The position numbers and the translations under genes were made by a program. Positions 27,480 through 40,716 of a DNA stretch of 64,000 nt are shown here, piece after piece. This DNA is from the human T2T-CHM13v2.0 reference genome, Homo sapiens: the NCBI RefSeq assembly GCF_009914755.1, contig NC_060927.1. The stretch is one strand, 5' to 3'. Below the pieces are notes generated by a model. The model was not told where the DNA came from. It saw only the letters and a list, made by a program, of their open reading frames with translations, and did not search any database. Positions within the stretch are counted from its first letter, which is position 1, and each line of letters begins with the position of its first letter.

Positions 27480-27596
27480 ATCTACATGAAGCCAGAGGCT
27501 GTGCCTCTCGCAGATGTCTGCTATTTCATCCAGAGGGTCAAAAGCTCCCAACACAGTTGTACCAGAAGTGGCACAGACAAGAAACGGTGCTGCCCC
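27480..27596 (-). CDS. GADL1: GADL1 exon 9 (117 nt; [39 protein letters not shown])
   Basis: Acceptor ttacag|GGG and donor GAT|gtaagt; [10 protein letters not shown] and WLHVD motifs; symmetric phase 0. Confidence 0.97.
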
Positions 27597-29899
27597 CTGT
27601 AAGAAGGATCCACACACACAAAATTATCACTGTCATCACTAAATTTGTCCTGTAATAGCTGGAAAATATAAAGGGTTATGCATCCAGAGAGTTATTTGGG
27701 TTTTTTGGAGGTAGTCATTAATTCAATGGGTGTTTTTAAATTTTGTGAATATGTGGCCTCTTGGCATTATAAACAGATTAAGGAAACAGAAAATGCTATG
27801 GCAATAGCATTTTCTGTCCCAACTCAGTACATCTTCAGTATTATTCTCATGTTTTTTGTAATGTTTTGTTCTATCAATTGTCCAGATAGAAATTTAATAA
27901 CTTCAGCTGCAACAGCAAACTGACATTTTGTATGACTCCTAATTTCTTCCTGAAAAAATACATTTAGCCTCCATTGTGCCATCATTGTCATCTTCTCAAA
28001 AAAAAAAAAAGGTTGGAAGACAGAGCTCCCGGAGTAAACCATGCAGGCCTGTTTGCTCATCTCCTTGTAAAGTAAGTGCAGTTATAAAACAAAGAATGTA
28101 GAATATTCTCAGGTACAAATTCAGCATCAGAGGAGATAAGGCAACCTCACTGGGATACATTCTCCAAAATAGGTGCTGCAACAGAGAAATCCATTGGCAT
28201 GTGCTGGAAAAGAAAATCTGTGTCACTTCTATCATGGTTATTCCTCCTCATATAGCTGATGACTGCATCTTGTGGCATGAACGGGTACTGGTGGGAAATA
28301 GAGAAGAAAAGGGAGAATGTGGGTGCACACAAACAGATGAATGGTTATCTCGGTCAAGCTAGTCACATGCTTTGTCCCCATTAAAGGACTCTATGCCAAT
28401 CAGATAGATGAAGAGTACATGAGATTGTTTCCAAATGGATTGCTCCAGGATGGTGGTAGAGATGTGTTGCTCGCTGTGTAGGTGAAGTTTGCAGACAAAT
28501 GTGGGGGTGAGGGGAGCAAGTAGAATATTAAGATTCTAGAGCACCTGAGAAATAGACAAGAATATTTACTGCCTCTGAAAGTTTAGTGCCTCTAAAAGTT
28601 ATTTTTTTCTCCATTTAGCATGGAGCCATTTTTTCCCCTCAGTTTTATAAAGTGCATGCTCATTGCAATACATTTTTATGTCCTTTAATGCCAGGGATTA
28701 TTGTGTTTGAACCAACTCTTTCCAATTTAACCGACTTTTGACAGAAAGATGTTATTTCTCAATGGAAAGTGGGGCAGAGCAAGAATATGTGGTTCGCCTC
28801 TCTAAACTGAGATGCATACGGATCAAAGTGGTGGTATATAACAAATCCATTTGCCATCTTGGGAGACAGCTGTGGCAAATAGAATCAATCCCATCTACCC
28901 AAAACTTTTAGAGCCAAGTCAGTAGGTGACAGAGCCCTGGAGAAACCAGAGGCTTTGAAACTTCTTCCCTGTATTCAAACTACTGACAACTATGGCTTTA
29001 TCATACCAGTGACCTAAAGGACATAAGACCAGCTTTACACCAATCATTAAAATCATTAAAAGCAATAGAAAAATAATTTACTAAAACCATTTAAGTTGTC
29101 TTTAATGGTTGCGCTTTTCCTCATAAACTATATGACATCCTGACAGTCATGAGAAAATACATTTGCAAGCTATTATAGCCTATTAATGAGTTTTCCTCAC
29201 CTTTAAAAAAAGATCTCATTAAAAATACAGGACCAGAAATTAAACTTTTGCGATCTGGATTTAACCTAGACTTTCTTCCCCATATCTCCTGCTGTTAATG
29301 AGAATTCAGTAGAAACAGTATTGATGGCATGCTGCCAGTGAGCTGTATTGTCTAAGAAAATTTGTCATTTCTAACACAACTCTAACAAAATGTCTCTAAA
29401 TATTCAATGTTCATCCTAGTTTGAGCTTGTCAGTAAGCCCTTTAGGACCTCTGATGCTTTGTGTTTTTCACCATCTATGTAATGACATCAAGACAAGGTC
29501 ACTGCAACAGTTTTTCAATGGATTGTCATAGGCCAGGGAGTTGAATCCCAGCAGAAAAAATAGTTGATGGTACTATTCCTCATATCTGAAACAACATAAG
29601 TTAAAAGCTTGAAACAAAACAACTAGGCCTGAAGCTACTGAGAAAAAATGAACCAGTCATCATGTATTATTATCTCAGAATGGATGCAAGGTTTGTCCTT
29701 GGTGAATCCAGGCTCAAGTATTAGCTGACTTGAAAGAAAACTGAGGAGACGTACTAACTCTAACCCCATTGCCCTACTTTTAAATGTGCCTAAAGCAATT
29801 TTTACTTTTCAAAAACTTACTTTTTTGAGTTCTCAACTTTAGTATTATGTCCGTTTCATGTACTTTCACTGTCAAAACAAAAATTTGAGCGACAAAAAT

Positions 29900-31010
29900 G
29901 ATAATGACTGTGGTGGAATAAAACCCTCTATGCTAGAAACATGAATTCCTAATGACACTAAAAAAAAATGGGGATTATCTTTAGGGGATGCTAGGCAACA
30001 AACTCACTATTTTAAAAATTGATAAATAAGGGGAAAGAATAAGACGTTTATCCTGTCTTGCCTGTGCAGTGTTTCCTTAGGGAAACAAAATGAGGAGGAA
30101 TATTTTTCTTTATAGTAGAATGCCTGACAATAAAGAAGGAAGGAGAGAAGGAATTAGGACATCACTTAATGAAATAATGGGTCTAGACAATGATCATCAA
30201 TGGCAGCAAAAACCACTAAGTGAGAAGCTGATGGAGTGGAGGGTATTGTGATGGATGGACTGACGATACCAGACCCCACCAATCAATGTTATTACAAAAG
30301 AGACACAGGATGTCTCCTGATGGCAGGAGCCAATGAAGCCTCCCTGGTTTTAAAAAAAGAAAAATACAACTTAAATCTCATTGAGTCTCAAGATCTAACT
30401 GCCAAATTACAGAAAATATAAAGAACAAACCGGATGGTGCAGAGGAGGTGAGCACTTAGGGTCTCAAATTCTTGATGTAATCCACAAAAATCTATAATGT
30501 GGAAAGCTATATGGGACAAAAGACCTGATCTTTTCAACAAATCAATGGTAGTGGGGGGAAAGAGGAGGAGGAGGAAGCTATAGATCAGAAAACATTTACA
30601 TTTGACGTATCAACCAAATGCAATTTGTGAACTTTATTTGAATCCTTGATTCAGACAAGTCAACTATTTTTTTTAAAAGGGCAATGGGGAAATTTTAATA
30701 TACACTGAAGATTTGATATTAAAAATTATATTTTAAACAAAACTATGGTATGTTGTTTAAGCAAGTACGTATCCTTCATAAATATACTCAACTATTTATA
30801 GATCAAATGGTATTATGTCTGGGGTTTGCTTCAAACCTATCTAGTGGTGGTATGAGGGTATGTGGTACAGATGAAATAGGAGCATGAGCCTAATGACTGC
30901 TGATTACAGAATGGGTATATGAAGCCTCATGATATTAGTCTCTTGGTTTTTGTGTGTTTTGGTTTTTTAGGAAACATTTACAATTTTTTGTAATGAGAAG
31001 TTTAAAATTT
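29900..31010 (+). mobile_element. Old L1MC/L1ME 3' region
   Basis: tcaaccaaatgcaatttgtgaactttatttgaatcc and tatgtctggggtttgcttcaa are typical L1MC/ME 3' motifs. Confidence 0.6.
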
Positions 31011-31722
31011 AAGAAGTGGGGAATAGGGAATGGAGAAAGGGAGGAAGGAAGGAGAAATGAGGGAGGGAAGAAAGACAATCATGACACAATTAATATTCCC
31101 CACCAACAAGCATTAACAACATAATGCAAATTATTTTTGATAGGAATTTATGTAAAAAGAAATGAAACTAAAACTAGAAAACAATATCTGTGGTTCTCAG
31201 CAGAACGAACTTACAAGTTGTTACTCAGAATTATACCAGAGTCAAAGAAATCTGATCATGCAAACCACCAGATAACAATAAAGTTCACTTGTCATTGGAA
31301 TGTTTAAAAAAAAAAAAAAAAAAAAAAGTAGGACACACACCTGAAGTCAATACATCTGCAATAATGGCAGAAATTTTAAATACAGAAGTTCAAGCCAAAT
31401 ATTGTGATCTAGCATTCTCCAGGACTAGGTAGTTTTTATGAAAACTTGAAAAAAAAAAGTACAACAACAGAACTATAATATTCAAACTTAAAAACATTAA
31501 AAAACCCATCCTTGTTAAAGTATGAACTCCTATGAGGATAGATACACTTGTATCCCAGCTCAGGAGCCAGGCTTTTTATTTTTCAGTAGTCATGCCTGCC
31601 TTTGTTGCTACCTATTGGAAGGTTATTGGAGAACGGTCTGAAGCTCCATCAGCAGGCAGCGGTGGGATGGGAGAGAAGCAGCAAATCTAGCAGGCTTTTG
31701 GTCCAAAAAGCAAAATGGCTGA

Positions 31723-32039
<317 letters not shown>

Positions 32040-32632
32040 TAATGACACCCCTTTTTAAAATGCAGGTGTTAAGGCCAGCCTTGGCTGGAGCACAGCAGGT
32101 GCCCAGAGCCATGCCTTGCCTTCTCCAATATTTCAGTTCTAATATATTCTAGCAGCTAAGGAAGAAAGGATGTTCTGTCACTGAACTACTAGATACAGAC
32201 CCAACAGGGGTTGATAGTAATAGATGGGTTTGGGATTGGAAGCAACCTGGGAGAATAGGTTGGTCAAGAAATCAAAAATCACCCTGAATACAGCCCAGAG
32301 AAAATTGGTTTGTCCTGCAGATTTCTCAGAGGGAGGAATTATAAGGAGAGGAGAGGCTAGGGCCCTGCTGGAGAGGCTGGATTGATCCTTAGAGCTGCTT
32401 CTAGCCAAGAATCCTGAATACGGGTGATTTCAGTGTTTTAATAGTCTCCAGCCACCTGGGAACAAGAATATCCGGGAAACTCCACAGAACATGGAGAGCC
32501 AAGCACTTGGAAATAGAACATCTGTAAATGAGTTTTCCTATTTTAATTCCAACATTCTCTCTCCTCTCTCCCACACATAGAAATGGTTTTGGCTGTTTGC
32601 ATTCTCTCCTTGCTATTCCCTCTCTTTCATAA

Positions 32633-32690
32633 GCGCGCGGGCGTGCGCGCACACACACACGTTCTCTCTCCCTCTCGCTTTCTCCCCTCT
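32633..32690. repeat. Alternating purine-pyrimidine tract (GC)n/(CA)n plus CT-rich tract, immediately downstream of the exon 8 donor
   Basis: gcgcgcgggcgtgcgcgcacacacacacgt followed by tctctctccctctcgc... Confidence 0.9.
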
Positions 32691-32693
32691 CAC

Positions 32694-32748
32694 CTCTTTT
32701 CTGGCTTGCCAGACTTGCTTCTCCAGTTCCTCAGGTATCATTTTACCT
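32694..32748 (-). CDS. GADL1: GADL1 exon 8 (55 nt; GKMIPEELEKQVWQARKE)
   Basis: Acceptor ccttag|AG and donor GAG|gtgaga; 122-nt intron separates it from exon 7; phase 2 to 0. Confidence 0.95.
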
Positions 32749-32870
32749 CTAAGGGACAAAGATTTGAGACTTTCAGTTATGTTTAGTAATTAACAGATAA
32801 TGATACTGCTTTATAAACCATATAAACTTTTCCCTCCACCCACCAGGCTTCCAGATCCTGTTCCCATTAC

Positions 32871-32950
32871 CTTCCATCTGTTTCCACAAAGCAAACATTC
32901 TCAGTGCCAATCCCAAGAAAAGAGGCTGCCTTCTTCATAGAGTAATGACA
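32871..32950 (-). CDS. GADL1: GADL1 exon 7 (80 nt; CHYSMKKAASFLGIGTENVCFVETDGR)
   Basis: Acceptor attcag|TGT and donor AAG|gtaatg; HYS motif with the PLP-stacking His; phase 0 to 2. Confidence 0.96.
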
Positions 32951-34957
32951 CTGAATTCAAAGGGACAGTGGGGAAGGGGGAGACATGAAAACATAGCACA
33001 AAAAAAGCATTGCTTATTATCAAAGGTAGATGAAAGTATGGCTGAGCACAATCTTTGGGACATTATTGCATAAAAAAGTAATTTAATTGAGCTCCTTAGC
33101 ATAGTGGTTGAGAACATTCACTTTGGGGTCAGAGAAACCAGGATTGAACGTCAAGTATTCCAGTTACAGCTATGGAATCTTGAACAAATAATATACACTC
33201 TCCAAGCCTCAATTTCCTACTCTTTAAAGGGATCATGCCAATAATGCCTACTCCATCTGCTCGTGCTAGACAAAAATGGGTTAATAATATATGTAGAGGG
33301 CTTAGCACAGAGCCTGGCACATGGAACAAACTAGGACACCGGAGGCTGTTGTTTTCCATCCCATTGAGAAAAGTAAAGTTTCTCCTGATGCTCCTCATAA
33401 GACTTAGTATTAATGGAAACTTAGAATCTAGTCCACTGCTGACTTGAAACCCTCTAAGGAGAGGGCAAGACTCTATCTCAAAGATTGCAATCACAGGCTA
33501 GAGAGGAATCTAATTATTTCCTAGAGCAAACAATGAGTTATAAGTGCTGATCAGACACTTGACCAATCTTGTTTAATACTGAACACAAGACTGAAACACC
33601 CAAGAATGTGGCTAAAATCCTAAGAACAAAAGTAATAATAGACAAACTACTTTACTCAGCTATGGCATGAGTGAGGCTAATAGATGAATATGGAATTAAG
33701 TCTGGTCTATTTCTTATTGATAAATAGTAGTGTGTGCTTTACATTATTGGGCCTTCTCTATACTACATGAAGCCCATAAAATAATTAGCATGCAAACATT
33801 GGATATGTCGCTCTTCATACATTAGTGAGGACAGGTGGTCAATTAATTCTTTTTCTTGCCAGAAAAATGAAGGTGCTAAAGGACATTATTGTACCAAAAA
33901 AAAATCTTAGTAATTTGTAGGTATGAATACATTAAAAGAGTAGTCATGCCTTCACACTTCACTTGATATATTCCCTCAAATGTGGTAATTTTTTTCCTTT
34001 TGTCAGGAGAGTTTTATTGGGAGCTCTTTTTTTAACTCTGTAAAAATAAATGCAGAAGTAACATCAGGAAAAATGAAACCGTTCTAAATAATTAATTTCC
34101 AAATATCAAATAGGACATGTCCAAAATGCCTGTAGGATGCTTTTATTTCAGGTTGTTAAAAGACCATATGCATATTGAAGAGTAATAATGTACAAGAAAG
34201 TGTAATTAATTCTCTACTTGCTCCACCAGCCTATGCTGGCTGGCGGTAACCTGCCTGCCATAGCTAAGGTGACATAGCTCGGGTGAATTATTTCTCACCA
34301 GAGAGTTGAGCTCTGGCAACCAAACAGCTATTGATTTCATAATGATAAATGCTAGCCTACCCCACTGACATCTAACTATAAGGAAAAGCACAATGCTCTC
34401 CCCCTGAGAAATAGCAAAATATCTCCAACCAATGAATCTGCTGAATAAAAATCTTGTAATCAGAATTAGAAAAGTGGAGCTATCTTTAAGTACCTGAGGG
34501 CAAAATACAACCCAATGTCAATCTGAGATAGATAGATCAAAAAAAAAAAAAACAAAAAACTGCAAAACTGAAGTTTAAACATCTGAAAGCTTCAGAGAAG
34601 GAAGAGCCCTGGAAGGGAGAACAAAAGAAGGTGATGCTTCAGACATGCTGAGTAGTTTCAAGGAAAGGAAAAACCTAGAAGGCTGGAATTCAGAAGTAAC
34701 AACTGCATTTAGAAACAAACAGTGGCGTTTCTATCATTGGCAAAAGATAAGTCAGTTGTTCTAAGACTCAACCTCCCCACAGGTTTCATAAATCTACAGA
34801 AGACGAAAAAAACTCTCAGCGGGTGTTCATTTCTATAAAGATAAAATAGCAAGTGCCTACATGAAAGAGAGCATTGAGCTGGAGTTTTACTTTCTGGCTC
34901 CCACAAGGATTTTTTTCTATGACCTTGAGCTTCTCAATGAACTGCTGCTTTCTCCTC

Positions 34958-35115
34958 AATGTACACTGTGCCCTGGACACCTGGACTCCAGTGCTGACTA
35001 ATTTGATTCTCAAGTTAGCTGGTAGAGAGAACGGGGTATATAAATGTACACTGTGCCCTGGACTCCAGTGCTGACTAATTTGATTCTCAAGTTAGCTGGT
35101 AGAATGGGGTACATA
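34958..35115. repeat. Tandem duplication (85-bp and 73-bp copies)
   Basis: aatgtacactgtgccctggac...gttagctggtag...gggta(t/c)ata occurs twice. Confidence 0.95.
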
Positions 35116-37334
35116 AATGTTACATTTTAGAGAATGAACAAAAAGAGTGTCCAAGGGATGTCTCTAACAACACACAGCTGGTTTAATTCCCCAAGAGGCC
35201 AGAACCAGAAGCCAGATAGACTGAACCCAGCCTCATGCTCTGCAGGATGTCCTACGAAGCACCTGCTTGCCCGTGGAGAAGACCTGCAATCACATCCCAT
35301 CGCAACTCAACCTCAGCCCTCACCCAGCAATCAGGAGGAAGAGAAAGAGGCACCTAGAGTGCAAAATTTAGAGGCATGACCCTGAGACACACCCTACATA
35401 ACTCACTTGCCTCTCCTGGCCTAAGCCCTGCTAGAGAGGAGCTAGCCCATTGATTACTGGCCTGGGAGGTAAGGGTTTCTTTTTACCCTACTTTTTAGTG
35501 GCAAATCATAATTACTGCTTTATGCTAATTCCAGAAGTGATCTGAAATATACAGGAACTTTACAAACACGGGATTTCTATACACCCAAGAAATTTATATC
35601 AAAGTGCAAACCAAGACATAGATTTATTACTTTTATTTCTCCAAAAGTCCCCTTCTCTTAGATGCCTATTTAGCACTAGAGAGGCAACCTTGGATATATT
35701 GACAGTGCAAAGGTCTTTGTCATGACCTTGCAGGTCTTTATCAATAGTAAAATTACAATAAAAGCCTAACACATGCAAAAACACCTTCAGTGGTGGGTAC
35801 GTATATTCTGCACTGGATGGTGCAAGATAGAAATGGAGTAATTTGGGGTAGCACAAAAACTGGAAAAGACTACCTAATATAACAGTACTGGGCCATGGAC
35901 CAAACCCTTAAAAGAAAATAAGGGAGGTATAGCAAAAAGACTAACGCAGAGTTTAAGACTGTTTACTAAACACAACCTTCTTTAATTCTTTAATGAAATA
36001 GATGGATTTGTTGTAATAAGTAGTAAAGGCAGTCAATAAAATATGAATTAAAATAGTGCAAATGCTATAACCTGACTCTTTGAGTAGGGAAAGGAATGAG
36101 CTGCAAAGTAGTGTCTTGACCAATGGAGTCAAAATATAAATTCAAGGCTACAGTGTGCTCGAAGTGATGTAATTTTTCTGTGGAATTCACACCTAGTTCT
36201 TGGTTTTTCTGGCTCCAGCTTCTGCTGACATGTTAGCCAAGGCATATATTTTGCCTCTCTTTGGAAAGTTTTTAAAAACCACTTAGTTATGGTTTCACAA
36301 CTACATAAGGTTTCAATTTCTTTTCACTCCCAATTCATAAGCCCCACCTGTTACTGATCTTTCCCAGGCGTAATCTCTGTTCTAGGCTTCCACGTAATAT
36401 CTTTTCCCTTTCCATGGTAATTATTCCAGAAAAGAACTCCAGCAAGCTTTAAACCAAATGAAGAATGAAAAAGGCAAAAGTAAAAAACCTGAGCTGATAA
36501 CCTGGGCGCTATTTAATCAGCTTTCCCAAGCTTGGAAATAGCAGTTTGAATGCAGAAGAGACTCTGCATTTATTATCCACTGGGGTCCCTCACATTGAAA
36601 CATCCAGGGCTGAAGCATGAAGAAGGAAACTCTATTCAATAACAATCCCAAATAATCAAGTACTTTTTCCCAGCTGTCCACATTACCAAACATTCTTCTC
36701 TTGGTACAGAAGGAATGACTTATGAACAAGAGCCTCGAATGGCTGAGTTAAGAATCTCAGGCTAGATGATTCCTCCCAGTTGCCTCCTGTCACTCAACTC
36801 CCACTTTGCACTTAGTGCTGAAAGATCCAGAGCAAAGGTCAGAGTGAGAGGAAAACATGAGAGTGGTCATATTTTCTCCTACTGAGGAGAAATTAGTGCA
36901 CAATTTGTCCTTTTGCAATAAGAAACTAACTTTTGTATTTAGAAGAAAATGATAGATACAGGAAAGCCTAGCTGGAAATAACAGACTCTCAGTTTTTTAT
37001 TTTGTCCACTTCATGTTAGTGGCAGGATACCTGATATTATCTCAGAAGGTAAGAAGCTAAACTCATTCTGCCAAGAACCTGGGTGATGAAGCAGTGGTAG
37101 AATAGACGGAGGCATCCACTAGAATCACACAAGAATAGGAAAGGGAAAAAATCTCTTCCAATAAAGGCTGCACTTAAGCCGTGCCATCTACTTCTGCCCA
37201 CCTTGTTGCAGCTGGAACATTCTCCTAGTAACAATTATAGTTAATATTTTAAAAAATCTATTATATCCCAGATGACACTTTACATGCAATTACTCATTTA
37301 ACATTTGCCAAAACTCACTAATCAGCAACTACTG

Positions 37335-37830
37335 CGTGGTTGCTGGATTGTTCTAATGGTTCCAGTTGTTCTCTGTTCCGTGTATTCAAATCCTTTGCCT
37401 GGTGACTTTACAGCAAGTCCCCCCATGAGGTTGTGGGGTCTTTCTTCCCACATCTTGGGTCTGGGCTCACAGATGGGATTTTGCCAAGAAAATGAGGCAG
37501 AAGTAACAATGGCCAGTTCTGAGGCTAAGACTCAAGAGGCCTGATGTGTTGCCATGCCCTTTTATACCTGCACCATTGCCATGAGGACACACCTAGACTG
37601 ACCTGATGGAGAATGAGAGACATAAGGAGCAGAGAGGCATCACTGGAATCATCCCAGCTGAGCCACTCGTAGATGGGCCATCAGCCAGCCAACCCCTAGA
37701 CATGGAAGGGGGCCCAGCCAAGAGCAGCAAATCTGCCCAGCTATCTTGAGACTTATAAGTGATAATATACAGTTATAGAATGATAACTCTATATTTGGGG
37801 TGATTTGTTGGTTATAAAAGCTAAGTGATA
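37335..37830. mobile_element. MLT1 (MaLR) LTR nested inside a MIR (MIR halves about 37230-37330 and 37830-37960)
   Basis: gaggcagaagtaacaatggccagttctgaggctaagactcaagaggc MLT1 motif; flanking gaaactgaggcac...aaggttac MIR core. Confidence 0.7.
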
Positions 37831-38020
37831 AACTTATTTTTACAAATTTAGGAAACTGAGGCACAAAGAAATTAACTCACTCAAGGTTACTCAGACAGTA
37901 AGTGACAGAGGCAGGGACTGAATCCAGGCAGCCTAACTCAAAGCCTATGCGCTTATCTACTGTCTGACCCACCTACTTTAGTGGAGAGTAAAATAAGAGA
38001 TGGAGAACTGTGGCAATATC

Positions 38021-38042
38021 TGTGTGTGTGTGTGTGTGTGTG
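38021..38042. repeat. (TG)11 microsatellite
   Basis: Read directly from the sequence. Confidence 0.95.
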
Positions 38043-38479
38043 TTTTCATTGTTACTGTATATCTTTCTTTTCCCTGGAAAAGTAAGATACACATCCCTTA
38101 TATTAGCCAATCAAAGCAATCATTTTAAAAGGAAATGTGAGTAGAAGACATAGCTGAGATCCACAGTGTTCATCTAAGTACTAACAAATAAGACATTCAA
38201 AAAAAGAGATTCACAGAGATAGCACTTTCAAATTAAATATTCTTTTCTTAAAATGTTGTTACAGACTATAAATTTTAAATAAAGGTAATTATACAAAATT
38301 GGACCAGGCGTTACAACATCAAACTCGTTAGAATTTACTTTGGAATGAAATACTATGTTATACTGCAGCATATTAGTCACATGGGTATAGGACAAAATCA
38401 CATCAGGAATCTTCAAACAAAGCCCTCTTAAATATGCTTTCTCAGAAAATCTATATTCAATACCAAAAATAATTTTTAC

Positions 38480-38595
38480 CTCTGCAGATGTGAAAAGGAT
38501 TAATCTTGGCGAACCAGACAGCCCCTTTTCCTTAATATCAGGACAATATTTGTATCTAGCTAAATTCATTGCATACATATTGGACACTGAGCCAC
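38480..38595 (-). CDS. GADL1: GADL1 exon 6 (116 nt; GGSVSNMYAMNLARYK...LILFTSAE)
   Basis: Acceptor tgcag|GT and donor GAG|gtaaaa; completes the PGGS PLP-phosphate-binding motif; phase 1 to 0. Confidence 0.96.
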
Positions 38596-39318
38596 CTGCA
38601 AAAACAAAATTAAAATGGCATATTTATAGCATGAAGTTATAGCTCGCAAAATGCTGAATACAGTGGAAAGCATGAATGGCCATGACTGCTCTAGTCTAAT
38701 GAAAAATCACCGTGAAAAGCACATGAACACCGACCTCCCTGCTCCCATTATTCTGAATATTTTATTACATACCCTAATCTCTAATTCTAGAACTTTTATT
38801 CTTAGAAGATAAATTTTGGTTTATTCCCATGACAGGCTTTTTTTCAAACCAAAAGTCTCAATCTGTGAGCTCTGGACTTAGGGCCTTTACCTAGGTCTCC
38901 ATAGTTAATATTCTTTGTCACCTAATCAATAAAATTGAAATAATATTTGTTGGTCTCTGGCTACAAAAAAGGACTACAGGATAAACAAATGTAATTCAGA
39001 AATCTTCTCAAGTAAAATTTGATTTTAAAATTTAGAGGACTTACAGCCCTTCCAAACTTCCAGCATCAAATCGATTCATTTGTGTTAGATATAAATCCTA
39101 AACTGTAGGCACCTCATTCATTAAGTATGTATGTCATCTATTTAGCATTAATACAAAATATTATCACTCTGGAGAAAGGCATAAGCTAGATTCTCAGCAA
39201 GTAGAATTATTAATATCCAACTTTTTGTCGTGTATAAATCTGCAAGGAGTTGTTCCTCATGGATAAATTTTTACGTGGTTGTATTGGAAGGTTGATATCA
39301 ATAACTAATTGTACTCAC

Positions 39319-39425
39319 CTGGGTTAAATATTCCATCCCCTTCTTTCCAGCCAATAAATTCAATCATTTTCTTCAGAACCGCTTCTTCCACTAACAGAAA
39401 CACTGGGGACACCTCATACGTATAA
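39319..39425 (-). CDS. GADL1: GADL1 exon 5 (107 nt; [35 protein letters not shown])
   Basis: Acceptor atctag|TT and donor CAG|gtgagt; TYEVSPVF motif; phase 2 to 1. Confidence 0.96.
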
Positions 39426-39964
39426 CTAGATAGATATAAAAAACACTTCACTTCTATGACTAGAGTCAAAACATTCCTTTGGTGTCCCAAGAAATGCACA
39501 GAGTTCTATTAAACCAAGTGGCTGCTGAAGTGTAGGCAGTCTTTGGAAATTTATCCATTGAAAATAGAGAATTACTCCATCAGTGACAGCACTAGTCATG
39601 GTTAGATAAATGCCAATAGCTTGTGGCCTCAGGGATCTGCAAGTTGCTGCAGCAGTCTTTCGAGAAAAACCTCAATTCCGTGAGGAGCAATAAAGGCAAT
39701 GCATTTGCGTGCTATGTATTAGCCATGAGCAGTGGCCATTTCACTCTGTGGATGCTTGGAACACTGACTTGGATGCTGTTGATGGTCAAAGAAAATCCAT
39801 TGTCATGGTAACCAAGTTTTATCAGATTACTGCCATGAGTATGCTAACAGTCCCCTCTAGATATTCTAAGTGGAGACTACTCCACCTGAACCAGGGCTTC
39901 CTCTACTACACTCTCTGTGTCTGTATAAATGAGGAGTGTTTTGTGAGACATCTCTTATGTGATA

Positions 39965-40401
39965 ATTTTACTGCAAAGCACTACCCAAATCCCTTGTCAA
40001 TGAAGGATGTGTTGCTCCGGGCTGGAACGCTGTTGTCAGAGCATTGATGTTTTAGCCCCTTTAGAGATTGCCTTGGCTGCAGGGAGCTACCTCCTCCAGG
40101 GTCACACCCATTCTTGTGGTGGTCTACACCTGATAACTGCTGGAGATGTAAAGGCCTAGCCGTCTGGGCCTAACTCCAGACCCCTCTTGAAGGGCCACTG
40201 TAGTTCCAGAGATCTCCGAGCGTCAGCCAAGATTGTCATGGAGCCTGCGTGGCAATTTGACTCCTATACTTGCCCTTTCTTGCATCCTCCTCCTCCTTCC
40301 CCAGGTCGTCACTCATGTTGATCCCAAGGGTACTCCTTAATAAACGTCCCACTCACTAAACACCATCTAGAGCAGCATTCTTGGGAACCCACATTGTAAC
40401 A
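39965..40401 (+). mobile_element. LTR16A-like ERVL LTR
   Basis: gattgccttggctgcagggagc...gttgatcccaagggtactccttaataaac...ttgggaacccacattgtaaca. Confidence 0.7.
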
Positions 40402-40716
40402 GTCACCATGCCTTGTTTGATATTTATTTTCTCTCTCCAGACAACTTGAGGGTGACTACATATCTATGATCTCCTTTTCAATTGAGGGATTACATTAAAT
40501 TGTATCTGAATAAATGTGTACTCTAAATATGTAAGTTAAGCAGACACATTTAGATTTATAGTCACAGAATTTAATGCAATTATTTTAACATCTGGAAAGG
40601 AAAACTTTGGATTGAGGCATAAAAGCTGGTCACCTACTATGTATCACCTACTATTTATCACCTACATATGTGTCAACTCTACAGATGTTATGCCATCTTA
40701 AAAATAAGATAGATTC

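Noticed and set aside
38228-38479. ORF extension past exon 6 (VKIIFGIEY...), and similar extensions around exons 2, 3, 5, 9 and 11
   Set aside because: Read-through into intron. Homology stops exactly at canonical GT/AG sites.
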